Positions 10,406 to 19,703 of a DNA stretch of 21,721 nt are shown piece by piece (positions within the stretch are counted from its first letter, which is position 1; every line of letters starts with the position of its first letter). The stretch comes from Naegleria gruberi (Eukaryota): NCBI GenBank assembly GCA_000004985.1, contig GG738954.1; one strand, written 5' to 3'. Made by a program: the position numbers and the translations under genes. The notes under the pieces are model-generated. The model worked only from the letters and a program-made list of their open reading frames with translations, was not told the origin of the DNA and did no database searches.

Positions 10406-10627
10406 GGAATTGATGAAGGAAATTGATGACGATCAAAATGGATTGATAACATTTGATGGTAAGTTTACACTGCTCTAGTACAATATCTTTGCTAACACCA
10501 TATTTAAAATTAACACATTGTTCCTATCTACCCTAACCAACATTCACATGAAATAACAACTTTCATCTCTTTTGAACAACATCAAACAGAATTCAAGGAA
10601 GCTATGGCTGGTTGGATGCTCCAATAA
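10406..10627 (+). CDS. 3' end of an EF-hand calcium-binding protein gene (calmodulin/centrin-like superfamily). Exons 10406..10458 and 10590..10627; the 5' part is in the gap. Deduced C-terminus: ELMKEIDDDQNGLITFDEFKEAMAGWMLQ*.
   Basis: After the gap, the open frame encodes EIDDDQNGLITFDG. This matches the EF-hand loop consensus D-x-D-x-[DN]-G-x-I-x-x-x-E except that position 12 is interrupted by GTAAGT at 10459. Splicing to the acceptor ...tcaaacAG|aa at 10588/10590 builds the codon G+AA = Glu, giving DDDQNGLITFDEF, a canonical loop plus exiting helix. The frame then runs 11 more codons to TAA at 10625..10627. Confidence 0.5.
10459..10589 (+). other. spliceosomal intron (131 nt, GTAAGT...AACAG), phase 1, splitting the invariant Glu codon of an EF-hand loop
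   Basis: GGTAAGT donor at 10458..10464, a ctaacac branch-point-like motif at about 10493..10499, and an AG at 10588..10589. This acceptor is the only one that restores an EF-hand-compatible residue; the alternative AG at 10477..10478 gives V-Q-Y-L-C-stop. Confidence 0.45.
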
Positions 10628-11331
10628 ATTTTTTAAAAATCTTTTATTTTGGCGCTCTTGAAATTTACTGTTCTTTCAATATTGTGTGATGATTTGTTCT
10701 TTTGCTTCGGAATTACAAGACAGCAACAAATTTGTTGGGATTGATCAAAATCGTTACTTTCCACAATTTATCTTTTGAAAAAAATTTAAAGTTTTCAATA
10801 TTTATTTAAATATTAAAAAAATATAACAATGAAGGAGGCAAGTGAAGAAGAGACTGTTCTTTGTGAACATGATCTCGATTATAATTGATTAGCAGTATTA
10901 GTATTATTCATGATCAAATGTAACAAAAATAGTTCATATGAACGACGGAAGGCTCTAATTTCTGCATGATTTGTTTTAAAAGCAATCAAACTATGATGAT
11001 GTTTATCAAAGTAGACATTTTGATAAATATTAGGCGTGCCAAGAACATTTGGATAGATTCGATCAACAATCTTCATCGTGATTCGAATTACTTTTGTAGT
11101 TATTACATTAAGGAATCATCGCTTTAGTATTTCAATCTCACTGAATGTCTTTAAAGTACTAAAACCAAAAACATCATCACTTCTCATATCTACTTGGATT
11201 GGCCGAAGTTTGGAAATATTACATGTTTCATACAACACATGTGGTTCACATCTTCTCCTGGCAAAACCTATCAAAAACTACAATGCCAATGCTGTTGGCA
11301 TGAATATAATTTATTCAACAACAAGAAAAGA

Positions 11332-14300
11332 ATGGAATCAACATTAGGCAGAAGATCATCTATTTCCACCTCTTCATCAGATGGTGGTTCTTCAATAACT
11401 TCTGCCTCTTTTGCCAGCTCCTTATTCAAAACCTTTAATGAATATCTATCAATGATGTATTTATGTAGCAAGATGAGGATGAACACCCTCACAAGGTTTA
11501 GCAACAGTAAAGGCAGCTATGTAGAAGGTTTGCCTGTAACAGTCCCTTGGAAGATACGACTGGCTAGATTGGCTATATCGTTATGGTTTTTATACATGTT
11601 GTGGATTGGAATTTGGTTACCTGCATTGACTTCTCATCAGGAGTATTCTAGTATACTTTCATCTAATAGTACCATAAATAATGAATATAATACTTCACCG
11701 TTTGGATTTGAAGGAGGATGGGTATTTAGAGTATTGAACTATCCACTCACTTTATCAACAGATGCCATTCCTTATGAGGGAATAATTGCACTTTCTGTCA
11801 TATTTACATTGATTTCATTGGTGAATATTATCTTGATGATTATTGGAATGAAGAAGAGATGTGAAGGAATTTACAAAATATTTGACAAGGTTGGGATGTA
11901 TTGTTCATTAGTAGTATCGTTTATTGGACCAGTTGCCTTATTTATTATGAGCAGTTTTGTTGATTGTAATCCAAATATTCAAATCAATGTCGAAGATCAG
12001 ACAGCAAGTGTTTCTGGATTGTCAAGATTTCCATCAGTTCAATGTTATTCTAAAACAAATACTATTTTAATTGTCATGAGTTTGATTGGAATGATGATTA
12101 CATTTGTGAGTTGGAGTTTCTCTGTGTTTTTATTGCCAATCAATACACCCAATGTTGGAATTCCTTTTGTGACGAAGGATAACTTTATATTGGCACCAAC
12201 TATTTGCACGATAGGATTCGAATTGTTAATCATATTCTTGATTCCACCGAATTACATGATGGGGAGAGCGATAGTTCATCTCATTTTGAGCATTTATCAA
12301 CATTCCACTCATCATTTACAGTTTACCATTTTATCATCGAATGATGAATTCACTCTATTTTGGAGTTGTTTGTGCAAGATTTGGAGTTAGTATTGGATTT
12401 TTGATTAGTTCATTGGTCAATTTAAATCTTTTGAGTGATTTGGGACTTGGAATGATGGGATTGAGTATTGGATTGGGAATTCTATTTTTCATTCTTGCTT
12501 TTACTGCTTTGGAAATTTACACAAGGTTGTGCTGCAGGCGAATTAGAAACATCTTTTCAAGAAAGATATCAGAATCCACAATCACTAACAGCAAGCAAGA
12601 CATCAACCTTTACTCAATAGTAGAAAAGGAAGCTCTTTCAATCTTTACTCTTTGTGAGCATGTTTCATCCAGAAGTTTGACTCTATTCTTGCAATCTACT
12701 GTTTGCCTAAAAGAACAAAACGGGTATAAGGAGGATGATGAATATATAGCACTGGACGATAAGTTGTTGGCAATATCCTTTGTCAAGTCTATTTCGCAAC
12801 AAAAATCTTTCGTCAATGCAGACATGTTGATAATTTCCGGAATGCTTATTAACTTTAATAGCAAAGAGGACAACAAGTATCAATTCGCCAGTTATCTTCT
12901 AGCAAAAGCATACAAACGAACCTCCAACACTATCAAGAAGTTAATCGTTTTAGAAAAACAAAAAGAAATTGAGATTGATTTGAATGAAGTGACCAAAACA
13001 AATATTGAAGTCAGAAATGCAATCACAGAGGTGGCTAAAAAGTTGGAAGAATTACGTATTGTTCATAGATCATTCTGGAAGGAAATGCTTAATGAAATGC
13101 CAAACGAAACCAAACTTTTACAAATTAATAGTAAGGCAACCGTATTATCCAAATTTTGTGAAAAATCCTTTTCCAACTTGATGAAGTCTCATAATCATGA
13201 CAAGACAGTAATCAGATTCTATGCAAAATATGTGGAGGAATTCAAGTTTGATAAGGAATTGTCGAATTCATTGTTTGAAGAAGCTAACCAGTTGGAAGAC
13301 GAAGAATCCAGATCAAGAAAGTATTCAATAATGAAATTACAACCAAATGAAACAAAGAAATTCAAAAATAAGGTAGCTCCATCATCTCCAAATTTAATGG
13401 ATGATATGAGTGTTACTGGAAGAGAAACCATGTTCGATTCTATGGGATCGCTCAGCATGAAAAAATTCTCTAATCAGCCAACTAACAATCCATTAAATGA
13501 GACAGATTTTGAAGGAGTAGAAAATGAAGGTATTGACAAGAAGGAATCATTTTTCAGAGCTGCCATCAATACTCCATTTCAATCAAAGTTGAAAATATCC
13601 ATCTTCCTTGGCCTTTCAGTGCTATTACATATTTGTATGATTGCAATATTTGTGCTAAGTATGGTATTTAGTGAAAAAGTTGTTTCTACTCCTCTTGTAT
13701 TGCAGAGTTGCATTACAGGCTCAACACCTGGCGCCTTGTTGAGATTTACGAGAATGAATCAAATTTTGACTGAGGTTTACGCAAATGAAGGACAACCTTG
13801 GTTACAGAACTCTACCAGGTATTACGAAATTAATAACTTTTTGAAAAATTACAAGAATAGATATTTGGAGCATAAGGGGTATTTGGAAACATTAATTTCC
13901 AATTCACAATCAGGAAAGTTTACAAGTAACATGTATACTGACTTTACAGAGAGAGCAAGTCCAATTTTAATTCCAATTTCAACAACAGACCCTAAATCTA
14001 TTGAATTTGTAAATACCTTCTCAAAGAATGTTTCAATGAGTGAAGTTTCTCAAGAATTCTTGCATCATGTTGAACAATTTTTGAACTTTGGAGAAAAGCA
14101 ATACAATGAAACAACAAAAAGTTACAGTTTCATGTATGTCTACTTGAATAGAAGATATTTAGCCGATAATTATCTCCAATTCTGTAGATCATTCCAGGAG
14201 AGCGAAAGAGCTAGTACTTTTGAACTGAATATCATACTCTCGAGCTATATTTTTGCTTCTTCTTCCGTAATGACGATGATTTACGTTATTTTCATTTTGA

Positions 14301-14887
14301 TTTCAAGGAGTGAGATGACTTGGTTCAGTAAGATCACATCTCTTTACAAGAAAATTCCAAAAGATTTTGTTGGAATAATTTATCACAAATTGGAAGAAAA
14401 GACAAAAGATGATGCCAAACATTTGAAGAAAAATCCTCTCTTGCAACCAAAAAATTTTACTTTAATACTGGCTATTTTGATAGTTGTAATATTCATGTTG
14501 TCTTCTGGTTTGATTTATTATGAAATTTCAATGAATATTTCAACTGCATCATCTGCCATTTACAATGTTGATTTGATGAGCGTCTTTTTGAGAACAGTTC
14601 ATAGAGTTACTATTAGATTAAATGAATTCTTCATTTATCTTACCCTGCCTTCTGGAAAATTCATTAACAGTCCATATTTAGTTTCGAATAATTCACAATT
14701 GCAAACAATGAAAACAGAAATCAGACAATTCATTGATTTGACTGCAACCATTTATGATCAGGTTATTTATGGCCAAGATGGAGTTACTTCTTCTCTTGTT
14801 GGGCAATATTCTGAAATTGACAAGATGATAACAGGTCAGTCCACATGCAGCAATTCCACAATTGATTACGAAATTAGCAATAATGGA
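11332..14887 (+). pseudogene. copy 1 of the giant membrane-sensor adenylyl-cyclase paralog family (8-TM N-terminal block, coiled coil, TM-bracketed loops). A +1 frameshift (extra g at about 12294) splits the reading frame: 11332..12390 in frame 1, then 12341..14887 in frame 2. The 3' end (PAS and cyclase) is missing at the 14888..15050 gap. Either a pseudogene or a sequencing error.
   Basis: The ATG at 11332 sits in an aaaag-aATGGA context like the copy-3 start. The N-terminal TM block from 11693 onward is about 93-95% identical at nucleotide level to copy 3 (20137 onward). At 12281..12300, copy 1 reads catctcattttgaGcatttatc where copy 3 reads catctcattttgacatttatc; one extra base shifts the frame and gives a stop at 12388..12390. 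The downstream frame (12341..14887) is collinear with copy 2 (15058..17589). The frame-1 ORF extension back to 11194 is not conserved in copy 3 and is taken to be 5' UTR. Confidence 0.6.
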
Positions 14888-15050
14888 NNNNNNNNNNNNN
14901 NNNNNNNNNNNNNNNNNNNNNNNNNNNNNNNNNNNNNNNNNNNNNNNNNNNNNNNNNNNNNNNNNNNNNNNNNNNNNNNNNNNNNNNNNNNNNNNNNNNN
15001 NNNNNNNNNNNNNNNNNNNNNNNNNNNNNNNNNNNNNNNNNNNNNNNNNN
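14888..15050. other. assembly gap (163 N) joining non-collinear parts of two paralogs
   Basis: Upstream of the gap, copy 1 ends at the position equivalent to copy 2 nt 17589 (the ...IDYEISNNG loop). Downstream, sequence resumes at the position equivalent to copy 1 nt 12338 / copy 3 nt 20778 (the ...YHRMMNSLYF junction). About 1.6 kb of copy 1 (its 3' part) plus an intergenic region plus about 1.1 kb of copy 2 (its 5' part) are unaccounted for. Confidence 1.
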
Positions 15051-18000
15051 TCATCGAATGATGAATTCACTCTATTTTGGAATTGTTTGTGCAAGATTTG
15101 GAGTGAGTATTGGATTTTTGATTAGCTCATTAGTCAATTTAAATCTTTTGAGTGATTTGGGTCTTGGAATGATGGGATTGAGTATTGGATTGGGAATTCT
15201 ATTTTTCATTCTTGCTTTTACTGCTTTGGAAATTTACACACTCGTAGTTTGCAGACAAATAAGAAATATTTTCAAAACCAAGATTAGTGCCTGTGAAATA
15301 AATGAGAGCAGAGCAGATTTATCACTTTACAACATTATTGAAAGAGAGGCAGTTTCCATTTTCATTGTTTGTGAACAATTATCTCTAAGACACTTGATGT
15401 TGTTTTTACAATTTTCAATTGGGCAAAATGTGAAACATCACTCCCCCGATCATTACGGTGTGACTATTGTCAGTGATCCATTAATGGCTATTGCTTTTGT
15501 GAAATCCATTTCTCAGCAGAAATCCTTCCTTAATACTGAAATGTTGCTCATTTCAAGTGTTTTGGTCAATTACATTTGGCAAGATGATCACAGATCTCAA
15601 TTTGCAAATTATCTACTGGCAAAGGCTCTTAAACATTGTCATCAAACGTTAAAGAGAGTTCTTATCACTGAAAAACAAAAAGAAATTGAAATTACACTTA
15701 ACGAGCTAACCAAGACAAATATGGAAGTAAGAAACACAATTACAGAATTAGAAATTACCCTTGCTGAGCTTCGAATTGTTCATAAATCATTCTGGAAGGA
15801 AATGTTGAACGATATTCCAAACGAAACCAAACTTTCACAAATTAATAGCAGAGCTTCTGTCCTAACACTATTCTGTGACCAGAATTTCCTCAATCTTACC
15901 AAAGCTCACAGTCATGATAAGACAGTGATTCGTTTTTATGCATCCTACCTTGAGGAATTCAAATTCGATAAGGAACTATCTACTTCATTGTTTGAAGAAG
16001 CTGCTGCAATGGAAGAAGAAGAATCGAGATCAAAGAATGTCAATCATCACAATCCACAATCATATTACGAAGCAAAGAAATTCAAGAATAAGATTGTGCC
16101 CTCATCCAATGTGGAAATGTCCACCAATAATGAAGATATTAGTACTGAAAGAGATGAAAGTGGTTCAGCCCTAAATGGAAAAAGTCAATTCAATGGGAAT
16201 GAGATGGATTTCGAAGGTGTCGAAAATCAAGGAATTGACAAGAAGGAAACCTTCTTCAGAACTGCCATCAATGCTCCATTCCAATCCAAACTGAGAATCT
16301 CGATCTTTCTATTCTTGTCAGTTTTGATGCATGTCTTGTTAATTGTCATTTTCATTCTGAGTATTGTTTATAATGAGAGAGTTGTTTCTACTCCTCTTGT
16401 ATTGCAGAGTTGCATTCCTGGTTCAACACCTGGTGCATTACTAAGAGTTGCAAGAATGAATCAAATTTTGACTGAGGTTTACGCAAATGAAGGACAATCA
16501 TGGTTAAAGAACTCGAGTAGAATGTATGAATTGAATTATTTCACATCAACCTTCAGAAATCGATATTTGGAGCATAAGGGGTATTTGGAAACATTAATTT
16601 CCAATTCACAATCAGGTAAATTTACAAGTAACATGTATAATGACTTTACAGAGAGAGCAAGTCCAATTTTAATTCCAATTTCAACAACAGATCCTAAATC
16701 GATTGAATTTGTAAACACCTTCTCAAAGAATGTTTCAATGAGTGAAGTTTCTCAAGAATTCTTGCATCATGTTGAGCAATTTTTGAACTTTGGAGAAAAG
16801 CAATACAATGAAACAACAAAGAGTTACAGTTTCATGTACATTTATTTAAATAGAAGATATTTAGCCGATAATTATCTCCAATTCTGCAAGTCATTCCAGG
16901 AAAGCGAAAGAGCCAACACTCACCAGTTGAATATTATTTTACTGGCCTATATTTTCACATCCTCCTCAGTAATGACGATGATTTACGTTATTTTCATTTT
17001 GATTTCAAGGAGTGAGATGACATGGTTCAGTAAGATCACATCTCTTTACAAGAAAATTCCAAAAGATTTTGTTGGAATAATTTATCACAAATTAGAAGAA
17101 AAGACAAAAGATGATGCCAAGCACTTGAAGAAAAATCCTCTCTTGCAACCAAAGGCCTTTTCTCTGATATTGGCACTTCTAATTGTGACAGTTTTCATGT
17201 TGTCTTCTGGTTTGATTTATTATGAAATTTCAATGAATATTTCAACTGCTTCATCTGCCATTTACAATGTTGATTTGCTGAGTGTATTTTTGAGAACAGT
17301 TCATAGAGTTACCATTAGACTGAATGAATTGTTTATTTACTTGTCATTGCCATCTGGAAAATTCATTAACAGTCCATATTTAGTTTCGAATAATTCACAA
17401 TTGCAAACAATGAAAACAGAAATCAGACAATTCATTGATTTGACAGCAACCATTTATGATCAGGTTATTTATGGACAAGATGGAATAACAACACCACTCG
17501 TTGGAAAATACTCCAAATTAGATAAGATTATTACTGGTCTATCGACTTGCACCAATTCCTCAATTGACTATAATTGGAAATCTAATGGAAACAAAATTAT
17601 TGGACAAAGTAATGAATTGTTAAAAGATTGTTATGGTCTTCAAAAGTACATGTCTACATTCACAATTCTTGCAGGACAAGTGAGTGAAAAGTTCTTCAAT
17701 CCTTCCTATGCTTCGACACAATCTGAAGAAGCATTCGCAGAATTGTTAACATTATTTAATATGTGTGATATGGTTTATGACAAGTTTAGAGATTTTCTCA
17801 CAACATTGGTCAGTTTGACATCTGTTCCTTCCATTACAATTTCAATTGTCTTGATTTTCGGTATAACTTCAATGCTCATATTACAATATATGATTTTCAT
17901 CAGTTTCCAAACCTATGATCACGAAATAACCAATATGAAAGCATTCTTGAATTATCTGTCCACAGAATTCATAGAATCAAATGATGGACTCAAGAGTTTT

Positions 18001-19206
18001 GCCTTGTACAACTCTATTGGAACGAACTATTTGACTGGACGAAAGCTAAAACAATCCTCAGCTACAGATCAAGATTCTTTGAAGAAATTAATGAGTTCAA
18101 TGGTAGATGGTGCACTATTAGCAAACGAAAGTGGAGATATCATTCTTTTCAACGGACCAGCTCAGAACATGTTCGGAAAGTCAATTTCTGATGTTCTGGG
18201 AACAAACTTTATGCATTTATTTGATGAGCACTCTGGTGAAAAGTTGTCCAACATTTTGAAAACAATCAAGAGTGAAATTGATGAAAATGTCAAACATGGA
18301 GATGTTATTGAATTGGAATGTGTTAGAAAGAATTCCACAAAGTTTCCAGCCATGGTTACTATCTTTGTTTCGAGAATTTCTGGCAGCTCTTACAAGGGAA
18401 AGAGTAACTCAATGGTTGTTTCATGCTTTATGAGAGATATCACTCCAGAGAAGAAGCAAAATTCACTTCTAGCAGAGGAGAAGAAAAATTCAGAAAATTT
18501 ATTGAGAAACATCTTGCCAGATGCTGTTGCAAGCAAGTTGAAATCAGGTGAGACATTTATTGCTGAGAGATTTAGTGATATTACTTGTTTCTTTAGTGAT
18601 ATGGTTGGTTTTACGAAAATGTCAAGTGGAATGAATCCAAGTGAATTGGTTTTGATGTTGTCATCAATTGTGAATGGATTTGATGATTTGACAGATGTTT
18701 ATTCATTGGAAAAGATCAAGACAATTGGTGATGCTTATTTTTGTGTTGGAGGTTTACATAATAATCCACAATCTGATCATCCTGAAAGAACATTGAGATT
18801 TGCAATTGATACATTTCAAGTGATTAGAAATTATAATATTGAACATCCTCAAAATCAATTGAATATTCGAGTTGGAATCAATACAGGATCAGTTGTTGCT
18901 GGTGTAATTGGAAAGAAGAAGTTTGCCTATGATTTATGGGGTGATACCATCAATACTGCTTCTCGAATGGAATCAACTTCAATGGCAGGAAGAATTCAAA
19001 TTTCCAGATCAACCTATCAGAGAGTCTATGATATTGGATTTGAATTTGAACAGAGAAGTGTTGAAGTGAAAGGAAAAGGTGTTTGTGAAACCTATTTATT
19101 GAAGGATAAACATCATGCAACGTCAATAATTCCAGTAACAGAATCACAAATTCTCAAGAAGGAACAAAGCAACGAAGAAAAATTAAGCGAACAATTAGAT
19201 CAATAA
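15051..19206 (+). CDS. copy 2: membrane-sensor adenylyl cyclase, 5'-truncated by the gap (open frame from 15052; first in-frame ATG at 15058; 1382 codons to TAA at 19204..19206). Order of parts: TM pair, coiled coil, TM, about 180-aa loop, TM, TM, about 190-aa loop, TM, PAS, class III cyclase domain.
   Basis: A single uninterrupted 4.1-kb ORF. Hydrophobic helices at about 15058..15250, 16290..16380, 16925..17010, 17160..17230 and 17800..17900. Heptad-rich segment EKQKEIEITLNELTKTNMEVRNTITELEITLAELRIVHKSF at about 15660..15790. C-terminal cyclase motifs: FFSDMVGFT (metal-binding Asp), KIKTIGDAYFCVGGL (second metal Asp plus specificity Lys), YDLWGDTINTASRMEST (specificity Asp, and the Asn/Arg transition-state pair). 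Confidence 0.85.
18080..18440 (+). other. PAS sensor domain within copy 2
   Basis: LKKLMSSMVDGALLANESGDIILFNGPAQNMFGKSISDVLGTNFMHLFDE...GDVIELECVRKNSTKFPAMVTIFVSR. The PAS-like core pattern is hydrophobic - N - x - A - x - x - hydrophobic - hydrophobic - G, followed by a beta-rich segment, placed between the last TM helix and the cyclase domain. Confidence 0.55.
18550..19100 (+). other. class III nucleotidyl cyclase catalytic domain (CYC/CHD), with residues predicting adenylyl cyclase specificity and homodimeric function
   Basis: Both metal-binding Asp residues are present (FSDMVGF and IGDAY). The base-specifying pair is Lys (KIKTIGD) and Asp (YDLWG), not the Glu/Cys pair of guanylyl cyclases. 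The Asn (TINTA) and Arg (SRME) transition-state residues are also present. Having every catalytic residue in one domain is typical of cyclases that act as homodimers. Confidence 0.9.
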
Positions 19207-19703
19207 AATGCCAGGTTTTGAGATAATGGTGGGCTTAGAATTTAACGAAAATGGTTTGCCTTCTTGATGTGTTTTGAAGCTGAATTAGGTTAAATGTTAT
19301 TACCGAGAGTCGTTTTACTTAGTTACACATGCAGCTGAGATTCATCGGTGGTGCTGGCATCGGTAGAGTCTTTCATTAAATTTGAAGTGGTTGACTTTTC
19401 ATTAGAAATATTTGCGATGAGATGGAAAAATGATTGATGTTGAGGTGAAAATTTATGTCATGGCTTCTCGAAATCTACAACCACATAGCTTGGATCCTCA
19501 TCCTAAAACAAATCTTGACCCAAATAAGTAACAATCTCTACAGCTCTTGCACATCCCAAAAACAGACCTGCGCCACAAAATTTTCTTTTTTTTACCCAAA
19601 TTTCCTTAATAATGCCTCAACAACCTCCACAAATTACAGTTGCAAAAATGGCGCTCTTTTTCGCTAAGGCAATTAGTCATTTAAAACCAACCTTAGAAAA
19701 AAA

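Noticed and set aside
7618-10478. ORFs spanning the second gap: 7618..10413 (+), 7624..10452 (-), 7629..10436 (-), and the X part of 7644..10478 (+)
   Set aside because: Artefacts of the N-run. Only the final 24 codons of 7644..10478 are real sequence; these are retained as the EF-hand exon.
10879-11076. Minus-strand ORF of 65 aa (MKIVDRIYPNVLGTPNIYQNVYFDKHHHSL...) in the region upstream of copy 1
   Set aside because: Short, no motif, no splice or poly(A) context that I can support. It could be an exon of an unannotated gene, but there is not enough evidence to call it.
11194-11331. N-terminal extension of the copy 1 ORF back to 11194 (MDWPKFGNITCFIQHMW...) and ORF 11078..11347 (+)
   Set aside because: This segment is not conserved upstream of the copy 3 start, where the 5' flank is unrelated. 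The ATG at 11332 is the conserved start (MESTLGRR... against MEPSSIGG...). Treated as 5' UTR or promoter.
14693-15125. ORFs 14693..15094 (-), 14862..15125 (+), 14866..15054 (-) bridging the 163-N gap
   Set aside because: Gap artefacts or off-frame readings of the cyclase genes.
19455-19667. ORF 19455..19667 (+), 70 aa, between copies 2 and 3
   Set aside because: Low-complexity intergenic sequence containing poly-T and poly-A runs, not conserved upstream of copy 1. Probably the promoter and 5' UTR of copy 3.
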